64,000 bases of DNA, from positions 31,547 to 95,546 of the forward strand of contig JAJTIE010000003.1 in NCBI GenBank assembly GCA_021300195.1. The letters are read 5' to 3'. The first letter of the stretch is position 1; the number at the start of each line of letters is the position of its first letter. Made by a program: the position numbers and the translations under genes. The notes under the pieces are model-generated. The model made no database searches, was not told where the DNA came from, and saw nothing but the letters and a program-made list of their open reading frames with translations. Shown here one piece after another: positions 18,424 to 26,963 of the stretch. This DNA is from Bacteroidota bacterium (GTDB lineage: Bacteria; Bacteroidota; Bacteroidia; J057; JAJTIE01).

Positions 18424-18440
18424 CTATCACCCTGCTATCG
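18413..18440. repeat. 11-bp tandem direct repeat, 2.5 copies (CTATCACCCTG)
   Basis: CTATCACCCTG CTATCACCCTG CTATCG read directly from the sequence. Confidence 0.8.
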
Positions 18441-18489
18441 CGTGTGGTGTGGAAGCTGTACCAGCTGATGCGCCTACGGGTCTGCCCGG

Positions 18490-19038
18490 CTAAAAGGGCG
18501 ACGCAAAATCTGCCAGGCGTGGATTACGCAGGTCTTTTTCGCTCAGGATGGGCGCTTGCACCTCCCAGTCTATAGCCAGGGCGGGATCGTCCCAGGCCAA
18601 GCCGCCCTCGCTGGGCTGGTGGTAGTAGTTGCTGCACTTGTAGTAGAACAGGCAGTGCTCGCTCAGCACACTGAAGCCATGGGCAAATCCCTCGGGCACC
18701 AGCAGCATATTCATCTTCTGGCTGTCGAGCACCACCGCGTATGCACGCCCATAGGTGGGCGAGCCTGTGCGGATATCTACCACCACGTCCTTTACCTGCC
18801 CGTGCAGGCAGCACACCAGCTTGGCCTGGGCGTGGGGCGGCGCCTGAAAGTGCAGGCCCCGCACGGTGCCCTGTGTGCTGCGGCTCAGGTTATCCTGCAC
18901 CCAGGTGTGCCCGCCTAGCAGCTCGCGCCACTCTTCCAGGTTGAATAGCTCCAGGAAGAAGCCACGTGCGTCTCCAAATACACGGGGTTGTAACTCAATC
19001 AGGTCGGGGATGGGGGTGGGGATGATTTCAGGCTTCAT
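18490..19038 (-). CDS. rfbC: dTDP-4-dehydrorhamnose 3,5-epimerase
   Basis: 182 aa with GDARGFFLE, RGLHFQ and the cupin fold pattern typical of RmlC. Confidence 0.93.
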   Translation of the reverse strand: MKPEIIPTPIPDLIELQPRVFGDARGFFLELFNLEEWRELLGGHTWVQDNLSRSTQGTVRGLHFQAPPHAQAKLVCCLHGQVKDVVVDIRTGSPTYGRAYAVVLDSQKMNMLLVPEGFAHGFSVLSEHCLFYYKCSNYYHQPSEGGLAWDDPALAIDWEVQAPILSEKDLRNPRLADFASPF

Positions 19039-19240
19039 GAGTGCGTGTTATTATGAGTCTAAAGCGCTAGTATTTGTGGGTAGGTAGTTCCGTAGGATCC
19101 ATACTATCTGACGTGCCTTCCCGCTTCCTATTCGCGATTTCGTGAGGAATTCTTCATTGATCTGTGGTCCGATGTCTGTGTTTCAGGTTTATCAGCTCTA
19201 TCCCGTTCTGGGTCAGACTATCCGCTTTCCCCTATAGCCG

Positions 19241-20188
19241 CTAAGCGTTGATAACCGTCTGGCGGAAGTACGCCAGGGTTTTTTCCAGTCCCTCTGCGCG
19301 GTCTACCCTGGGCTCCCAGCCTAGTAGGGCTTTGGCGCGGCTAATGTCTGGCCTGCGCACCTTGGGGTCGTCGGCAGGCAGGGGCTTGTAGGCTATCCGG
19401 CTTGTGCTCTCGGGCACCAGGCGCAGCACCTCTTCGGCAAACTGCTTGATGGTAATTTCGGCAGGGTTTCCGATGTTTACGGGCTCGGTTTCATTGCTCA
19501 TCAGCAGGCGATAGATGCCCTCTACCAGGTCGTCCACGTAGCAGAAGCTGCGCGTTTGGCTGCCATCTCCAAACACGGTGAGGTCTTCATTGCGCAGAGC
19601 CTGGCCTACAAATGCGGGCAGGGCGCGTCCATCATCCAGGCGCATGCGGGGGCCGTAGGTATTGAAGATGCGGATGATGCGCGTCTCTACCCCGTGGTAG
19701 CGGTGGTAGGCCATGGTGAGTGCTTCCATGAAGCGCTTGGCCTCATCGTACACACCCCGAAAGCCGATGGGGTTTACATTGCCCCAGTAGTCCTCTTTCT
19801 GTGGATGCACCAGGGGGTCTCCGTACACCTCGCTGGTGCTGGCCACCAGCACGCGAGCCTGCTTGGCACGGGCCAGGCCCAATATCTTGTGCGTACCCAG
19901 GGCACCCACTTTCATGGTCTGTATGGGTAGTTTCAGGTAGTCTATGGGGCTGGCCGGGCTGGCAAAGTGCAGGATGTAGTGCAGCTCGCCCGCCACATGC
20001 ACATAGTTGGTAATATCGTGGTGTACAAACACAAAGTCCTCGTGGGCAAAGAGGTGCTCAATGTTGTTCAGGCTGCCGGTAATCAGGTTATCCATGCATA
20101 CCACAGCAAAGCCTTCGGCCAGCATACGGTCGCACAGGTGGCTACCCAGGAAGCCGGCGCCGCCGGTAATGAGCACTTTCTTTTTCAT
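19241..20188 (-). CDS. UDP-glucuronate decarboxylase (UDP-xylose synthase), an SDR-family enzyme
   Basis: Rossmann motif [16 protein letters not shown], catalytic YDEAKR, and overall UXS-like sequence. I placed the start at [10 protein letters not shown] (ATG complement 20186-20188). Confidence 0.9.
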   Translation of the reverse strand: MKKKVLITGGAGFLGSHLCDRMLAEGFAVVCMDNLITGSLNNIEHLFAHEDFVFVHHDITNYVHVAGELHYILHFASPASPIDYLKLPIQTMKVGALGTHKILGLARAKQARVLVASTSEVYGDPLVHPQKEDYWGNVNPIGFRGVYDEAKRFMEALTMAYHRYHGVETRIIRIFNTYGPRMRLDDGRALPAFVGQALRNEDLTVFGDGSQTRSFCYVDDLVEGIYRLLMSNETEPVNIGNPAEITIKQFAEEVLRLVPESTSRIAYKPLPADDPKVRRPDISRAKALLGWEPRVDRAEGLEKTLAYFRQTVINA

Positions 20189-20282
20189 GGGATGTGGGGA
20201 ATAGGCGGTAAAAATAGCAAGCTTCGGCCAAAGCACACCTATTGTTTCGTGTCGGTTGGGGATTCAGCACCCGGTACGCGCC

Positions 20283-22271
20283 TTACCAGATGAAGGCCAG
20301 GCTTGCTAGCCAGGTACGGCCTGGCATGGGGAAGGCGCGAATAACGGCGTAGGACTCATCTAGCAGGTTTTGTCCACTCAGGCCCAGCTGTAGGTAGTGG
20401 GCTTGGCTAGCAGCCGGCAGGGGGTGGGTGTAGCGCAGCCAGGCATCCACCAGGGTGTAGGGGGGCAGGTAGGTAAGGGCGGATGCCTGCAGGCTGCTGA
20501 AGCGCCAACCCACATGGCTAAGCTGCCCCCCTGCCGAGATGCGGCCATAGGTGGCAGTGATGCCCATGCGGATCAGCTCTTGGGGGGTGTAGGGCAGCAG
20601 AGCCCCATCGGACACCGACCGGTCTCGTGCCTCCATCCGGGTATAGGTGTAGTGCAGCTGCCAGTGGCGGCTGGGGTTCCACTCCGCAGCCAGCTCCAGG
20701 CCCAGGCTTTCAGTCAGGCCCAGGCCCAGGGTGCTCCAGCGCACGGGCGATAGAGGGATGCTCACAATCTTGCTGCGGGTTTCATTCACAAAGCCCGTTA
20801 GCTGCACAAACCAGCGCGGGTGCTTCAGGGCCAGGCCCAGGTCCAGCTGGCGGGTGTGCTCGGCCTGCAGGCTGGGGTTGCCAAAGTTTCGGAAGTACAG
20901 CTCGTTGAAGGTAGGTAGCCGGTAGCCGCTGGTACCGTGTGCAAATACGCTCTTTACCAGCTGCTGCCCCCGGCTCAGGCGCAGTTCCAGGCTCAGGTTG
21001 GGCAGGGGTCCGTAGTCGGTGCTGCTGTTGTGCCTGTAGCTCAAGCGATGGCTGAGCAGCCAGGGGCGTTGCGCCTGCCCTATCTGGCTTAGCCCCTGGT
21101 AGGCCAGGCCCAGGTTGGCCTGGATGCGCTGCGTAGTGGGCAGGGCTGCCTCTGCGTCGGCCAGGTTATTGCTGCGCAGGTGGTCATACTGCAGCTGCGC
21201 CACGGCCTGCAGGCTGTGCAGGCTATGGGCTGTAGCCTGGTATTGCCAGCTGTAGTCGGCCTGCGCCAGGTAGTTCTGGTTTTGGTACCACTGGTCTGGC
21301 TGCACATTCATGTTGTCAAACTGCTGCTTAGCACTGAGTGCCCCGCTACGCCTCCACCTGCCGCCCTGGGGAGCCGATTGGTGCCTGTACTGCAGGTAGT
21401 GGAAGAGCAGATCCTGCTCCAGGCGGGGCCCACTGGTGCTGGGCTGCACGCCTTTCACAATCGGCTGTGGAATGTTTTGCCGGTTCCGGTAGCCTAGCCC
21501 CAAGTATTCCAGGCTAGCCTTTTCCGACAATAAGTAGCGGTAGCGTATCAGGCCCTGCTGGTTTTGGTACTCGGCGTGCTGGCGGGTACCCGTGGCCTCA
21601 TCCAGCCGGTAGGGATAGTTGTCTTGCGCAGTGCTGTAGTGGTAGCCCAGGTCCAGTTCGTGGCGGGTTCGGGTGCGGTTCAGGCTCAGGGCTGCATCTC
21701 GGGCACCGTAGCTGCCTGTAGCCAGCTGCAGCTTCAGGCGGTTGTGCAGGTTGCCCGTTTGTAGGTCCACATTGCCGGCCTGGGCATTCTGTACCAGCCC
21801 GCCGGCAGTACTGCGCACCTCCACCCGGCCAAAGGCCGAGAGATAAAAGTTAGCCAGATTCACCACCCCCAGCTGGCTGTTGCTCAGCGGAATACCGGCT
21901 ATGCTAACCGTTGTCTGGTTGGTGGCAAAGCCCCGTATGCTCAGGGTTTTGATGCCCCCATGGCCACCATAGTCTTGCAGGTAGGCCCCCTGCAGGCCCT
22001 GCAGAGCGGCTGCCAGGCCCAGGCCTGCGGTGGCAAAGTTGCCCAAGCTGTCGGCTTGGTATTGCAGGGTGCCATACTGATTGTAGTAGGCGGTGCGGGT
22101 GCCAATTACCGTCAAGCCCGGTAGCACCAGGGTAGCGCTGTCTTTCTCTGCCCCGGGGGTCTGCGCCCTGCCCGATGCCAGGCAGCCTGCCACTGCCAAC
22201 AAAAAAACAAGATGAGTCAGCCCACACTTTCCCCCTGGCGCGTTGTGCCCGATGCGCAGCCCAGCATTCAT
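20283..22271 (-). CDS. TonB-dependent outer-membrane receptor
   Basis: Plug-domain segment KTLSIRGFATNQTTVSIAGIPL, a long beta-barrel, and a C-terminal aromatic residue (...LASLAFIW). I prefer the start at the ATG at 22271 (MNAGLRIG...LLAVAGCLASGRAQ). The ORF track begins at a TTG at 22328. Confidence 0.85.
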   Translation of the reverse strand: MNAGLRIGHNAPGGKCGLTHLVFLLAVAGCLASGRAQTPGAEKDSATLVLPGLTVIGTRTAYYNQYGTLQYQADSLGNFATAGLGLAAALQGLQGAYLQDYGGHGGIKTLSIRGFATNQTTVSIAGIPLSNSQLGVVNLANFYLSAFGRVEVRSTAGGLVQNAQAGNVDLQTGNLHNRLKLQLATGSYGARDAALSLNRTRTRHELDLGYHYSTAQDNYPYRLDEATGTRQHAEYQNQQGLIRYRYLLSEKASLEYLGLGYRNRQNIPQPIVKGVQPSTSGPRLEQDLLFHYLQYRHQSAPQGGRWRRSGALSAKQQFDNMNVQPDQWYQNQNYLAQADYSWQYQATAHSLHSLQAVAQLQYDHLRSNNLADAEAALPTTQRIQANLGLAYQGLSQIGQAQRPWLLSHRLSYRHNSSTDYGPLPNLSLELRLSRGQQLVKSVFAHGTSGYRLPTFNELYFRNFGNPSLQAEHTRQLDLGLALKHPRWFVQLTGFVNETRSKIVSIPLSPVRWSTLGLGLTESLGLELAAEWNPSRHWQLHYTYTRMEARDRSVSDGALLPYTPQELIRMGITATYGRISAGGQLSHVGWRFSSLQASALTYLPPYTLVDAWLRYTHPLPAASQAHYLQLGLSGQNLLDESYAVIRAFPMPGRTWLASLAFIW

Positions 22272-22338
22272 GCTGCCAAGATACGGCAACCACGTGCCCC
22301 GAAGTTCGTATATTGGCTCCGCATTCAATGTATCGCAT

Positions 22339-23148
22339 ATGTTCTACGCACGCACGCTCCTGCTTGTCCTTTTGCTCAGCCCGGTGCTGTTTCAGGCCTG
22401 TAGTCGCGACGAAGATGGGCGGACAACGGTCAATCTGTTCTCGCTGGAAGACGACAAGCGACTGGGAGAGCAGCTGGCGGCAGAAATAGCGGCAGACCCG
22501 GCAACGTATCCGCTGCTGGATCCGGCCGCCTACCCCACGGCTTATGCCGAGCTGGAGCGGATCAAGGCCGCGCTGCTGAATAGTGGAGCGGTGAAGTACA
22601 AAGATGAGTTTGTGTGGCAGCTGCGTATTATCCGGGACGACAGTGTGCTTAATGCCTTTTGTGCCCCGGGCGGATACATCTACGTATACACGGGGCTCAT
22701 CAAGTTTCTGGACAAGGAGAGCGAGCTGGCCGGGGTGCTGGGGCACGAGATAGCCCATGCCGACCTGCGCCACACCACCGATGCCCTGACCCGCCAGTAT
22801 GGGGTGCAGCTGCTGTTCGACATTGTGCTGGGCAACAACCAGGGTGCCATAGGCCAGCTGGCGCAGGGGCTGCTGGGCCTGGGCTATAGCCGCGGCAACG
22901 AAACCCAGTCTGACGAAGCCAGTGTGCGCATGCTGTGCGCTACCGACTGGGAACCCACCGGCACGGCGGGCTTTTTCCAAAAGCTGATAGACGAGGGTGC
23001 TGGCGGGGGCGCCCCTGAGTTTCTGAGTACCCACCCGAACCCCGACAACCGGGTCTCGGACATCAACGCCAAGGCCACCGAGCTGAACTGTCCGCCCGGC
23101 GAGGGTTTTGCCACACGCTACGAGATGCTGAAGGCTGCCCTACCCTAG
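22339..23148 (+). CDS. M48-family zinc metalloprotease lipoprotein
   Basis: HEIAH zinc motif (GVLGHEIAHADLRH). Lipoprotein-type signal MFYARTLLLVLLLSPVLFQAC when the start is placed at the ATG at 22339. Confidence 0.85.
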   Translation: MFYARTLLLVLLLSPVLFQACSRDEDGRTTVNLFSLEDDKRLGEQLAAEIAADPATYPLLDPAAYPTAYAELERIKAALLNSGAVKYKDEFVWQLRIIRDDSVLNAFCAPGGYIYVYTGLIKFLDKESELAGVLGHEIAHADLRHTTDALTRQYGVQLLFDIVLGNNQGAIGQLAQGLLGLGYSRGNETQSDEASVRMLCATDWEPTGTAGFFQKLIDEGAGGGAPEFLSTHPNPDNRVSDINAKATELNCPPGEGFATRYEMLKAALP

Positions 23149-23209
23149 GGGATAGCGGCAGCGAGCCGTGGGCTGCCCCGCTTGGATGTGCCCCCATGCC
23201 GTAGGAGTT

Positions 23210-24457
23210 TTATTCGGAGGTTTTGGGGTCGCCCTTATGCTTTACCACCAGCATACTGATGTCGTCGCTATTGGGCGTGCCTGCCCCAAATGCCTCTATG
23301 AGCCCAAGTATATCGTCCACGATTTCCCGGGCGCTCAGGTGCTTTATCTCTTCCAGCCGGTGCTGTAGGCGCTCAGCACCCAGCAGCTCCTTATCGGCAT
23401 TCTCCTGCTCCACCACGCCATCGCTGTAGGCAAACAGTACATCGCCCGGATGAAAGCTGGCAAAACCTACCTCATACGTCTCTATAGGGAGGATGCCCAG
23501 GGGTATACTTCCCTTGTTCAGCTCCTCCATCCCACCCTCTGTCTTTAGTAGAAAAGGGGGATTGTGTCCAGCATTGATGTATTCAATAGAATTATCGGTC
23601 AGGTTGATCTTGCCGAAGAAGATGGTTACAAACCGCTCATAGTGTGTGAGGCGTGCTATGGCCTGGTGCAGGCGGTGCAGGATGACGTAGTAGGAGGCAT
23701 CTGTCTCGATCAGGGCCCGCAGGTTTGCCTGTATGTTTGCTACTAGCATGGCGGCAGCTATGCCCTTTCCGGCCGCATCGGCTATGCAGACAAAGATCTC
23801 ATCGTCTTCGAGGATAACCAGATCGTAGAAGTCGCCCGCCACCTTGTAGTGGGCAATGCAGCGGCCATGTATATCCAGGTCCTCCAGCAGGTCAAAGTCT
23901 GACGGCAGGCTGTCTTGCTGTATTCGGCTAGCCACATCTAGCTCATTCTGGATGCGCACCTGCTGTTTTTTTTCGTCAAAGAGTCGGATTTTCTCCAGGA
24001 TGATGATCATGAAGCTGCCCACTGTCTCGATAAAGATCAGGTCATTCATCACCTCGGCATCCGATTCGGCAAAGTCTGCTATCAGCATCCAGGCTATAGG
24101 CGCGTCGCGGTTGCTCCCCAGGGGTACTGCATATTCCACCCCCATTGCCAGCAGGGGGCCATCTGCTATGCGGGTGGCTTCTCGTATGCCCTGTAGCCAG
24201 GTGCCGGCATCGGGCTGTGGCGGGTCGAAACCGAAGTTGTACTCCACCTTCAGCTTCTGGTCGGCCAGGCTTACAAACAGCAGGCGCTCTACGCCCAGCT
24301 GCCTGCGTATGGTGCTTACCACCTTCTCCATTACCTCCTGCTCCGAGCTGCGCGGCGTTACCGACCGAACCAGCTCCAGCATGGCCTGCGCCTCCTGCCG
24401 CTTCAGCTTCAGCAGTGTGGTGGGGTCGGTGGTATTATACTCGTTCTCTGCCCGCAT
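23210..24457 (-). CDS. PP2C/SpoIIE-family serine phosphatase with an N-terminal GAF-like sensor domain (RsbU-like)
   Basis: VAGDFYDLV and downstream metal-binding Asp motifs of the SpoIIE domain, preceded by a GAF-like region. I placed the start at MRAENEYN (24457) to avoid overlap with the upstream permease gene. Confidence 0.8.
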   Translation of the reverse strand: MRAENEYNTTDPTTLLKLKRQEAQAMLELVRSVTPRSSEQEVMEKVVSTIRRQLGVERLLFVSLADQKLKVEYNFGFDPPQPDAGTWLQGIREATRIADGPLLAMGVEYAVPLGSNRDAPIAWMLIADFAESDAEVMNDLIFIETVGSFMIIILEKIRLFDEKKQQVRIQNELDVASRIQQDSLPSDFDLLEDLDIHGRCIAHYKVAGDFYDLVILEDDEIFVCIADAAGKGIAAAMLVANIQANLRALIETDASYYVILHRLHQAIARLTHYERFVTIFFGKINLTDNSIEYINAGHNPPFLLKTEGGMEELNKGSIPLGILPIETYEVGFASFHPGDVLFAYSDGVVEQENADKELLGAERLQHRLEEIKHLSAREIVDDILGLIEAFGAGTPNSDDISMLVVKHKGDPKTSE

Positions 24458-24479
24458 GCCTGGTACAAACATCGGCCAA

Positions 24480-25586
24480 TCAGTGCGCCCGCGGATCGAG
24501 CGCATCTCTAAGCCCAAGGGCTACTAAGTTAAGCGAGAGGATCAACATAGCAATGCAAATACCCGGAAAAACCGCCAACCACCAGCCGTGATCAAACAGG
24601 ATGAACGCATATCCTTCCTGGATCATGCCCCCCCAGCTGGGCGTGGGGGGCGCAATGCCCAGGCCCAGAAAGCTCAGCCCTGCCTCTAGCAGGATAGCCG
24701 TGGCAAAACTGCTGCATGCCAGGATGATGATGGGCCCGGTCATATTCGGCAGGATGTGGTGCCTCAGCACCCGCAGATGGCTGTAGCCCAATACACGTGC
24801 AGCCTGTACCCAGGCCTGCTGCCTCAGGCCTAGCACCTGCCCACGCACCACCCTCGCCAGGTCTATCCATATACTCAGGGCAATGGCCCACACCAGCTGC
24901 TGCACGCCCTTGCCCAGCACATAGGCCAGGCTGATGGCCAGCAGCAGGCTCGGCAGGCTCCAGATGACCGTCATACCAAACTGTATACCCCGGTCTGCCC
25001 AGCCACCCAGATAGCCGGCCAGGCTGCCTAGCCCCACACCCAGGGCCAGGCTGGCGGCTACGGCTAGCAGGCCGATGCCCAGGCTAACCCGCGTGCCCAG
25101 CAGGATGCGGCTCAGCACATCGCGGCCAAAAGCATCGGTACCCAGCCAAAACCGAACCCGTTCGATGCGATACGCCTCGCCGGGGGCCAGGGGGCGCTGC
25201 TCGGGCTGCCCCTCCAGACCCGTGTAGTGCAGCTGGCCCTGCTGATGGCGTACCGTGGGCGTGTAGACCGGCAGGTAGGTGGCCCCGTCTGTGGTGCCCT
25301 GCCACCAGCGGGTCAGCAGGCCCTCGCTGGGGGTAGCTGCCGGGCGATACACCACCAGCAGGATGGCCTGGCTGCCAGGCGGGCGCTTGGCCAGGGCCGG
25401 CAGCTGCCGGTTGGCCGCCGTGCTGGCATCGGGCAGCAGTAGGTAGCCCAGCAGGCCAGTAAGCCCAAACAGCAGCAGCACACCCAGGGCCAGTAGCGAA
25501 AGGGGGTTGTGCCGAAACCTGCGCCAGGCTATGGCCGTGGGCGAGCGGGTGGAACCTGGCTCGCCAGGCAGGTTAGGCCCGGCCAT
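24480..25586 (-). CDS. ABC transporter permease, oligopeptide/dipeptide (OppC/DppC) type
   Basis: Six-TM layout, an extended periplasmic N-terminal loop, and the EAA-like loop QAARVLGYSHLRVLRHHILPN. Confidence 0.85.
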   Translation of the reverse strand: MAGPNLPGEPGSTRSPTAIAWRRFRHNPLSLLALGVLLLFGLTGLLGYLLLPDASTAANRQLPALAKRPPGSQAILLVVYRPAATPSEGLLTRWWQGTTDGATYLPVYTPTVRHQQGQLHYTGLEGQPEQRPLAPGEAYRIERVRFWLGTDAFGRDVLSRILLGTRVSLGIGLLAVAASLALGVGLGSLAGYLGGWADRGIQFGMTVIWSLPSLLLAISLAYVLGKGVQQLVWAIALSIWIDLARVVRGQVLGLRQQAWVQAARVLGYSHLRVLRHHILPNMTGPIIILACSSFATAILLEAGLSFLGLGIAPPTPSWGGMIQEGYAFILFDHGWWLAVFPGICIAMLILSLNLVALGLRDALDPRAH

Positions 25587-25854
25587 TATGCTTCATCAGC
25601 CCCTCCCGTGTGGCCAGGTAGTGGTAGGCGCCCATGTCGTCCGCATCGTGGAAAAAGGTGGGCAGGTAGTCTTGCGCCTGCTCGTCAAAGGCCATAACCT
25701 GCACCAGCCGCCTGGCAATCAGCTCCTTCAGCTCTGCACCCACAATAGCCGGGCTGGCTCCTGCCTCGGCCACAATGGTCTCGAAGGGCTCTACAAAATA
25801 CAGGGAGTCCAGTATGCGAAACTGGAGCTCATTCAAGTCCGGGGCTGCTTCCAT
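25573..25854 (-). CDS. Hypothetical small protein (93 aa)
   Basis: An ORF with plausible composition that overlaps the permease start by 14 nt. I recognised no motif. Confidence 0.4.
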   Translation of the reverse strand: MEAAPDLNELQFRILDSLYFVEPFETIVAEAGASPAIVGAELKELIARRLVQVMAFDEQAQDYLPTFFHDADDMGAYHYLATREGLMKHNGRA

Positions 25855-25977
25855 CTTGTGTGCAAAATACGGCGATACAACCCGTAACCAAAAAATGAAT
25901 ATCTGCCAGGGTGCGGAAAATAGCCGCGCGGACTAAAATATTCTCGATCAGAATTTGGTGCCTTCGTAGCCACTGTC

Positions 25978-25985
25978 TATCTTTG
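25978..25985 (+). promoter_or_regulatory. Bacteroidetes -7 promoter box TATCTTTG for tRNA-Lys
   Basis: TATCTTTGCCCC lies 36 nt upstream of the mature tRNA 5' end. Confidence 0.45.
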
Positions 25986-26020
25986 CCCCTCTTTCGAGCA
26001 TTGTTCGATAAGAGGGAAAT

Positions 26021-26097
26021 GACTCCGTAGCTCAGTTGGCTAGAGCATCTGACTTTTAATCAGAGGGTCCTGGGTTCGAATCCCAGCGGAGTCACCA
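26021..26097 (+). tRNA. tRNA-Lys (anticodon UUU), with CCA encoded
   Basis: GACTCCGTAGCTCAGTTGGCTAGAGCATCTGACTTTTAATCAGAGGGTCCTGGGTTCGAATCCCAGCGGAGTCACCA folds as a cloverleaf. It has a 7-bp acceptor stem (GACTCCG/CGGAGTC), anticodon loop CTTTTAA and T-loop GGTTCGAATCC. Confidence 0.95.
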
Positions 26098-26102
26098 CAC
26101 AC

Positions 26103-26134
26103 AAAAGCCGATCTTTTACCGATCGGCTTTTTTT
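26103..26134 (+). terminator. Rho-independent terminator
   Basis: AAAAGCCGATC, a loop, then GATCGGCTTTT followed by a T-run, immediately after the tRNA. Confidence 0.8.
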
Positions 26135-26294
26135 GTGCGAATCCTGTGTATGTGCCCGTACACGGCTTATGTTACAGAGATGTTCCCGGCTTTTGTACCG
26201 GGGCTTGGCAGGCTTTGTTTAAGGCGATTTTAAGCCTGGCTTCAGGTTCCGTTAAGGCAGTAATCAGATATTTGAAGCAAAATGGTACCCTGAC

Positions 26295-26963
26295 ATGAGG
26301 ATCTTGGTAGTAGAGGACGAGGCAGGCATAGCTGCCTTCCTGAAACAGGGGCTGGAGGAAGAAGCCTATGCCGTGGATGTATACCCCGATGGCAGGCAGG
26401 GCCTGGACATAGCCCTTAGCGGGGTGTATGACCTGCTGCTGCTAGACTGGACCCTGCCCGGGCTGAGCGGACTGGAGCTGTGCCGCAGGTTCCGAAAGGA
26501 GTTTCCGCATACGCCGGTTATTTTCCTCACAGCCCGGGATACCGTGCAAGAGGCCATCCTGGGCCTACAGTCTGGGGCGAATGATTACATCCGAAAGCCC
26601 TTCCACTTCGACGAGCTGCTCGAGCGAATTCGTGTCCAGCTGCGCCCCCAGGCTGGCGGGCACCACTGCTTCAGCCTAGGAGACATCAGCCTGGATGCCG
26701 AGGCACACCGGGTGGAGCGCGGAGGCGAAGAGATTCGGCTTACCCGCAAGGAGTTTGCCCTGCTGGAGTACCTGCTGCGAAACAAGGGACGGGTGTGCCG
26801 CCGAACCCGCATCATGGAGCAGGTGTGGGACATACACTACGAGGCCAACACAGGTGTGATAGACGTATATATTAATGCGCTGAGAAAAAAACTGGGCCTT
26901 ACCCAAGAGGATGAACGCATCCAAACCATACGGGGGGTAGGATATATGGCTGTAGAACCATGA
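26295..26963 (+). CDS. OmpR-family response regulator (CusR/CopR-like, heavy-metal type)
   Basis: REC domain (LLLDWTLPGLSGLELCRRFR) plus a winged-helix C-terminus (IQTIRGVGYMAV). It has a 4-nt overlap with the kinase gene. Confidence 0.92.
   Translation: MRILVVEDEAGIAAFLKQGLEEEAYAVDVYPDGRQGLDIALSGVYDLLLLDWTLPGLSGLELCRRFRKEFPHTPVIFLTARDTVQEAILGLQSGANDYIRKPFHFDELLERIRVQLRPQAGGHHCFSLGDISLDAEAHRVERGGEEIRLTRKEFALLEYLLRNKGRVCRRTRIMEQVWDIHYEANTGVIDVYINALRKKLGLTQEDERIQTIRGVGYMAVEP

Noticed and set aside
22272-22338. A possible cobalamin or other riboswitch upstream of the TonB-dependent receptor.
   Set aside because: At most about 67 bp separate the receptor start from the divergent M48 protease start. 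That is too little for a riboswitch aptamer plus expression platform, and I saw no B12-box-like sequence.
21904-23034. Long alternative-frame or antisense ORFs inside real genes. Examples are 21904-23034 (-), 7917-8894 (-), 35081-36127 (-), 17672-18283 (-), 29173-29919 (-), 43659-44414 (+) and 51957-53057 (-).
   Set aside because: Each lies wholly within a gene that has clear family motifs on the other frame or strand. Their products are low-complexity (R/P/G/A-rich or L/G/V-rich) with no motifs. GC-rich coding DNA, and genes rich in Ala/Lys/Gln/Glu codons, are expected to lack antisense stops.
24480-25586. Orphan ABC permease genes as a possible unusual system: the OppC-like gene at 24480-25586 and the FtsX-type gene at 45350-46597, each without adjacent ATPase or binding-protein genes.
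   Set aside because: My unverified recollection is that dispersed ABC components, especially FtsX/MacB-type permeases, are common in Bacteroidota genomes. Nothing in the sequence suggests a new function.
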